Shown one piece after another: positions 28,584-32,713 of a DNA stretch of 32,713 nucleotides. Origin of the DNA: Pseudomonadota bacterium (GTDB lineage: Bacteria > UBA10199 > 2-02-FULL-44-16 > JAAZCA01); NCBI GenBank assembly GCA_043798915.1, contig JAZDOG010000098.1, positions 1 through 32,713 on the forward strand. The letters run 5' to 3'. Positions within the stretch are counted from its first letter, which is position 1. Every line of letters begins with the position of its first letter. The notes under the pieces were generated by a model. It did not search any database, was not told the DNA's origin, and was given only the letters and a program-made list of their open reading frames with translations. Position numbers and translations under genes: made by a program.

Positions 28584-29057
28584 TCATGCCCTCAGAAATT
28601 TTTCGCGCTGCATCTTCTCCTGCAGCTTGAGAAGCCCGTGGGTCAAGGCCTCCGGCCTCGGCGAGCACCCCGGGACGTAGATGTCGACCGGGATGACCTT
28701 GTCGATCCCCTTGAGGACCGAGTACGAGTGCCTGAAGAGCCCGCCGCAGTTGGCGCAGCTGCCCATCGAGATGACGTACTTGGGGTCGGGCATCTGGTCG
28801 TAGAGGCGCTTCGTCCTTATGGCCATCTTGTAGGTGATCGTCCCGGCGACGACCATGAGGTCGGACTGCCTGGGCGTGGCGCGCGGCACCGCGCCGAAGC
28901 GGTCCCAGTCGCAGCGCGGGCCGCCGGTCTGCATGAGCTCGATGCCGCAGCAGGCGGTCGCGAAGAGCATGTACCAGACGCTCGACTTGCGGCACCAGTT
29001 CAGAAGCTCGTCGAGCTTCGTGGTCAGGACAAATTCCGGGACTTTTCTATAGAGCAT
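28584..29057 (-). CDS. nuoB: NADH-quinone oxidoreductase subunit B
   Basis: [33 protein letters not shown]; start ATG 29057 or GTG 29075. Confidence 0.95.
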   Translation of the reverse strand: MLYRKVPEFVLTTKLDELLNWCRKSSVWYMLFATACCGIELMQTGGPRCDWDRFGAVPRATPRQSDLMVVAGTITYKMAIRTKRLYDQMPDPKYVISMGSCANCGGLFRHSYSVLKGIDKVIPVDIYVPGCSPRPEALTHGLLKLQEKMQREKFLRA

Positions 29058-29437
29058 ATGTCTTTCTTTACCCACTCCAAGTCCCCCTTCGCCCATGCAT
29101 AGATGAGTCCAGCAACTAGAATGAGGACGAACAGGAGGATATCGATCAGGGCCACGGCGCCGCGGCCGCTTGCGACACACCCCTTGAAGACGGCGGCCAC
29201 CGGAAAGATGAGCGCCACCTCGACATCGAAGATCACGAAGATGAGGGCGATCAGATAAAAACGGATATTGAAGTTGATCCAGGCCGGCCCCACCGCAGGC
29301 TCGCCGCACTCATATATCTCGCCCTTCACGGCCGAGGGGCTCCGCGGGCGCACGAATCTCCCGGCAAAGAGCGCCCCGAAGACGAAGAGCGTTCCGACCA
29401 GCAAAAAGACCAGGACAAGCGCGAAGTGACCTATCAT
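29024..29437 (-). CDS. nuoA: NADH-quinone oxidoreductase subunit A
   Basis: [30 protein letters not shown]; start ATG 29437 or TTG 29452. Confidence 0.93.
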   Translation of the reverse strand: MIGHFALVLVFLLVGTLFVFGALFAGRFVRPRSPSAVKGEIYECGEPAVGPAWINFNIRFYLIALIFVIFDVEVALIFPVAAVFKGCVASGRGAVALIDILLFVLILVAGLIYAWAKGDLEWVKKDICSIEKSRNLS

Positions 29438-29519
29438 ATGTAAATAAGGCAATCCGTCTGGACAGACGCGCAGAGTTATTATAAAAGCGATTCCGCTGTC
29501 AGCCGTCTCGCACTCAACG

Positions 29520-29981
29520 ATGAGGGACTATATGAGGAATCATCTCCATAATCAAGGGTCGCCGTGGATGGCCCTGGCAATCGCGGCAATGCTTGGATTT
29601 TCGCTGGTCATGCTCTGGCAGGCTGATGCATCGGCCGCCTGCAGAGCGGGCGACAGCGCGAAGGTGCTCTGGGAGGGAAAATGGTATCCCGCAACAGTCA
29701 CGGGGACCAAGGAAAATTCGTGCTGCATCCACTACGATGGCTTTGACCGCTCCTGGGATGAATGCGTTGGCGCCGATCGGATCAAGCTCGCTGGCAAGGA
29801 CGGCAGCACGCCTGACACTGAGGCCTACAAGAAAGGTGACAAAGTTCAGGCCAAGTGGAAAGGGGAATGGTACCCGGCAACTGTAATCGCTGTAAAGTCG
29901 GGCAGCTACAGGATACATTACGACAACTTCGGATCGAGCTGGGACGAGTGGGTCAGCCCTGATCATCTCAACATTAGATAA
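29520..29981 (+). CDS. Secreted protein with two Tudor-knot/Agenet (chromo-barrel-like) repeats
   Basis: Hydrophobic signal region ending ADA/ASA, then two GD.....W.G.WYPATV.......IHYD.F..SWDE.V repeats; start uncertain. Confidence 0.8.
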   Translation: MRDYMRNHLHNQGSPWMALAIAAMLGFSLVMLWQADASAACRAGDSAKVLWEGKWYPATVTGTKENSCCIHYDGFDRSWDECVGADRIKLAGKDGSTPDTEAYKKGDKVQAKWKGEWYPATVIAVKSGSYRIHYDNFGSSWDEWVSPDHLNIR

Positions 29982-29991
29982 GGATCAAACC

Positions 29992-31104
29992 ATGAAAAAT
30001 AAACTGCAGGTCGGCGTCGTATTCGGGGGGCGGTCGGGCGAGCACGAGGTGTCCCTGGTCTCCGCGACCTCCGTCATGTCGGCGCTGGACAAGGGGAAAT
30101 ACGACGTGATCCCCATCGGAGTCACCAAGGACGGCAGATGGTTCGCGGGCGAAGGGGTCATGGGCGACCTGAAAGGCGGCAAGACCCCTCCCGCAGAGGC
30201 CGAGGTCTCGATACTGCCGGAGCCTTCGCGCAAGGGGCTCTTCAATTTGAAAAGCGGAAAGATCACCCCGATAGACGTCATATTCCCCGTGCTCCACGGC
30301 ACCTACGCGGAGGACGGGACGATGCAGGGGCTCTTCGACCTCGCGCAGATACCGTATGTCGGGGCCGGCGTCTTAGGGTCAAGCGTGGGCATGGACAAGA
30401 TCGTGCAGAAGGACATCGTGAAACAGGCCAGCATCAACGTTGCCCCTGCAATCTGGTTTCTGTCCAAGGAGTTTGCCGAGGATCAGGAAAAGATAATAGA
30501 AGAGACGGAAAAAAAGATATCCTATCCCTGTTTCGTAAAGCCGGCCAATTCGGGTTCAAGCGTCGGGATCAGCAAGGCCCATGACCGCCGGGAGCTCGTC
30601 TCATCCATAAAGGACGCCTTGAGATACGACCGGCGCGTGCTGGTCGAAAAGGGAATAGAAAACGCCCATGAGGTCGAGGTGAGCATCCTCGGCAACGATT
30701 CCCCGAAGGCCTCCTGCGTCGGCGAAATAATTCCGTCCAACGAATTTTATGATTACGACGCGAAATACGTGGACGGAAAATCCAGGACGGAGATACCCGC
30801 GGAGCTTCCGGAGAAGCTGTCGTCCGAGATCCAGAGGATGGCGATGAGGGCCTACAGGGCCCTCGACTGCTCCGGCATGGCGCGGGTCGATTTTCTGGTG
30901 AAGGGGGATGCGATCTACTACAATGAACTGAACACGATCCCTGGCTTCACGTCGATCAGCATGTATCCGAAGCTCATGGAGGCGTCCGGGACTTCCTATT
31001 CGAAACTGCTGGATGATCTGATCGCCCTGGCGGCCGAAAGGTTCGAAGTCAAAAAGAGCCTGCTGACCTCGTATCAGCCAAAGGAAGATTGGTTCAAACA
31101 TTAA
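29992..31104 (+). CDS. ddl: D-alanine--D-alanine ligase
   Basis: FGGRSGEHEVSL, LHGTYAEDGTMQG, KPANSGSSVG, FYDYDAKY, NELNTIPGFT. Confidence 0.96.
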   Translation: MKNKLQVGVVFGGRSGEHEVSLVSATSVMSALDKGKYDVIPIGVTKDGRWFAGEGVMGDLKGGKTPPAEAEVSILPEPSRKGLFNLKSGKITPIDVIFPVLHGTYAEDGTMQGLFDLAQIPYVGAGVLGSSVGMDKIVQKDIVKQASINVAPAIWFLSKEFAEDQEKIIEETEKKISYPCFVKPANSGSSVGISKAHDRRELVSSIKDALRYDRRVLVEKGIENAHEVEVSILGNDSPKASCVGEIIPSNEFYDYDAKYVDGKSRTEIPAELPEKLSSEIQRMAMRAYRALDCSGMARVDFLVKGDAIYYNELNTIPGFTSISMYPKLMEASGTSYSKLLDDLIALAAERFEVKKSLLTSYQPKEDWFKH

Positions 31105-31126
31105 ACAAAGGATATAAAGCCCCCAA

Positions 31127-32713
31127 ATGGCCGATACGTACCCGGAAATCTTCGATGGCTACCGCATAGTGCGACCGGCTATAGGCCGCGGCGGCGCCGG
31201 GGTCGTGCATGAGGCCCTGACACCGGATGGCCAGCGCGTTGCCATCAAGGTTCTGGACCGGCAGACAATCGAGGCAAGACTCTTAAAGCGTTTTGAAGAG
31301 CAACACGCGAGCCGGGGCAGCGATTCGATTGAACCCGCGGAGGAGACCCGCCGCGCGTATGAAAAATACGTCGAGCACTTTAAAGAGGAATATCAGACCC
31401 TTGTCTCCCTTGCCCACCCCAATATCGCCAGGGTCCGGCATATAGGTTTTTACGAAGGCCATTTCTATATCGTATCGGAATTCGTCGACGGCAAGCCCAT
31501 AGCGGAGCATGTGCGCGGCTGGAAGCCGCTGGACATGATCCCGCTTTTCATCCAGGCCCTGAGCGGCCTGGATTTCATCCATCGCAGCGGCCTGATTCAC
31601 CTGGACATTAAATCGCAGAACATCCTCGTCCACGCAACCGACAGCGGTCCGCAGGTCAAGATCATCGATTTCGGTCTCGCGATGCAGCCGGCGGATTACA
31701 GCGGCGGTTTCATGGGCACTTTATCCACCATGGCGCCGGAGGTGGCGCTCGGTTTTAAAGAACAGGTGGATGCCAGGGCCGATCTCTTCTCATTTGGTGT
31801 CGTAATGTACCAGTGCATTACCTGGGGGCGCTTGCCCTTTGGGCGCCTTGCAAGGGACGATCGCATGGAAATGCGCCGTGACATAGAATACGAAGCGCAT
31901 CAAAACTTGCGTCTGCCTTCACGCGCGCATCGGAAAGATTCGGATCTCGTGCCTGAATTTCTGGACACGATAGTAATACGCCTGCTCGCACACAAGCCCC
32001 AGGACCGCTTCTACGGCAACGCGAGGGCGGTGATAAACGCCCTCACGACCCACATGCCTGACGTATTTCGGGACGACCCTGACACAAGGGGGGCCTACCT
32101 GCGGCCGGAGAGGGGAAGGCTGATCGGGCGCGATGAAGAATTGGAGACAGTCGAAAAGGGCATCCAAACCCTCGTGGAGGGAAACCAGCCGTCCATTTCC
32201 ATTTTTTCCATCACAGGCGAAGGCGGAATGGGTAAAACACTTTTTTTAAAACATCTCAAGGACGCGGCTGACAAATATGTGGAAACAGTCTCCGTTCATT
32301 CCCTCGTATTCCCCGCAAATGAAGACGTCATCGAGGAAAAAACCGCAAACCTTTCCAGACAGTTGGCCGAAAACGCGAAACCGGTCATTGTCTTCATTGA
32401 CGATCTGCACGAGCTTTCTTCGAACTCAAAAGCTGTTGGAGTCATTTCAGGTCTCATCCGTCTTGTCGTTGAGCGAAGGCATAAGCCGGACGTTTATGCC
32501 GGCATTCAGCCGGCAATGCTCGTCTTCACGACAACCGCTCAACCCTCCGGCTTCCTTTCCTGGCTTGCCAGTATCCTTGCCAGCAACCCGGAAGCGCTGC
32601 AAACCATCGTGCTCAAACCATTCAGCGCAAAGGATATCGAAACGTATCTGCTCTCTACGCCGGCGCTGCATGGAAGGGAGCTTCCAAAAGAGCGCGTTGA
32701 CGCGCTTTACCGC
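31127..32713 (+). CDS. Ser/Thr protein kinase fused to a P-loop (AAA_16/STAND-like) NTPase, partial
   Basis: Not in the ORF track because it runs off the window; reads IGRGGAGVV, VAIK, HPNI, HLDIKSQN, DFG, APE, then LIGRDEEL, GEGGMGKT, VFIDDLH. Confidence 0.9.
   Translation, partial: MADTYPEIFDGYRIVRPAIGRGGAGVVHEALTPDGQRVAIKVLDRQTIEARLLKRFEEQHASRGSDSIEPAEETRRAYEKYVEHFKEEYQTLVSLAHPNIARVRHIGFYEGHFYIVSEFVDGKPIAEHVRGWKPLDMIPLFIQALSGLDFIHRSGLIHLDIKSQNILVHATDSGPQVKIIDFGLAMQPADYSGGFMGTLSTMAPEVALGFKEQVDARADLFSFGVVMYQCITWGRLPFGRLARDDRMEMRRDIEYEAHQNLRLPSRAHRKDSDLVPEFLDTIVIRLLAHKPQDRFYGNARAVINALTTHMPDVFRDDPDTRGAYLRPERGRLIGRDEELETVEKGIQTLVEGNQPSISIFSITGEGGMGKTLFLKHLKDAADKYVETVSVHSLVFPANEDVIEEKTANLSRQLAENAKPVIVFIDDLHELSSNSKAVGVISGLIRLVVERRHKPDVYAGIQPAMLVFTTTAQPSGFLSWLASILASNPEALQTIVLKPFSAKDIETYLLSTPALHGRELPKERVDALYR

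Noticed and set aside
27060..29057. Group 4 NiFe-hydrogenase interpretation of the nuo-like genes
   Set aside because: The large subunit lacks both CxxC Ni-binding motifs and carries NuoD quinone-site motifs.
29992..31104. Van-type D-Ala-D-Lac ligase
   Set aside because: The omega loop reads YDAKY as in D-Ala-D-Ala ligases, and there are no vanH/vanX neighbours.

Overview
GC-rich bacterial genomic window, plausibly from an anaerobic or microaerobic deltaproteobacterium-like lineage (inference). Left part (1-9.3 kb): CoA-transferase, an oxidative-stress operon (rubrerythrin, tpx, ferritin-like), a HAD phosphatase, an Afu/Fbp-type ABC transporter, acyl-CoA dehydrogenase, hbd and OsmC. Centre (9.3-18.1 kb): a compositionally distinct island with five radical SAM enzymes (SPASM, two B12-binding, HxsC-like, HemN-like), a retropepsin-like protease, a transglutaminase-like protein and a 63-aa peptide carrying a W-M-D-W-L-Q motif with its own promoter, strong RBS and downstream hairpin. 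This is the best candidate for an undescribed RiPP system. Right part: an 11-subunit complex I operon (nuoABCD-HIJKLMN, no nuoEFG) interrupted at the nuoEFG position by a wHTH/nucleotidyltransferase/small-protein cassette with its own promoter, then a secreted tandem Tudor-knot protein, ddl and a Ser/Thr kinase-NTPase running off the end. A REP-like palindromic repeat occurs four times and overlaps RBS or stop signals. All family assignments come from motif recognition by eye, not database searches.
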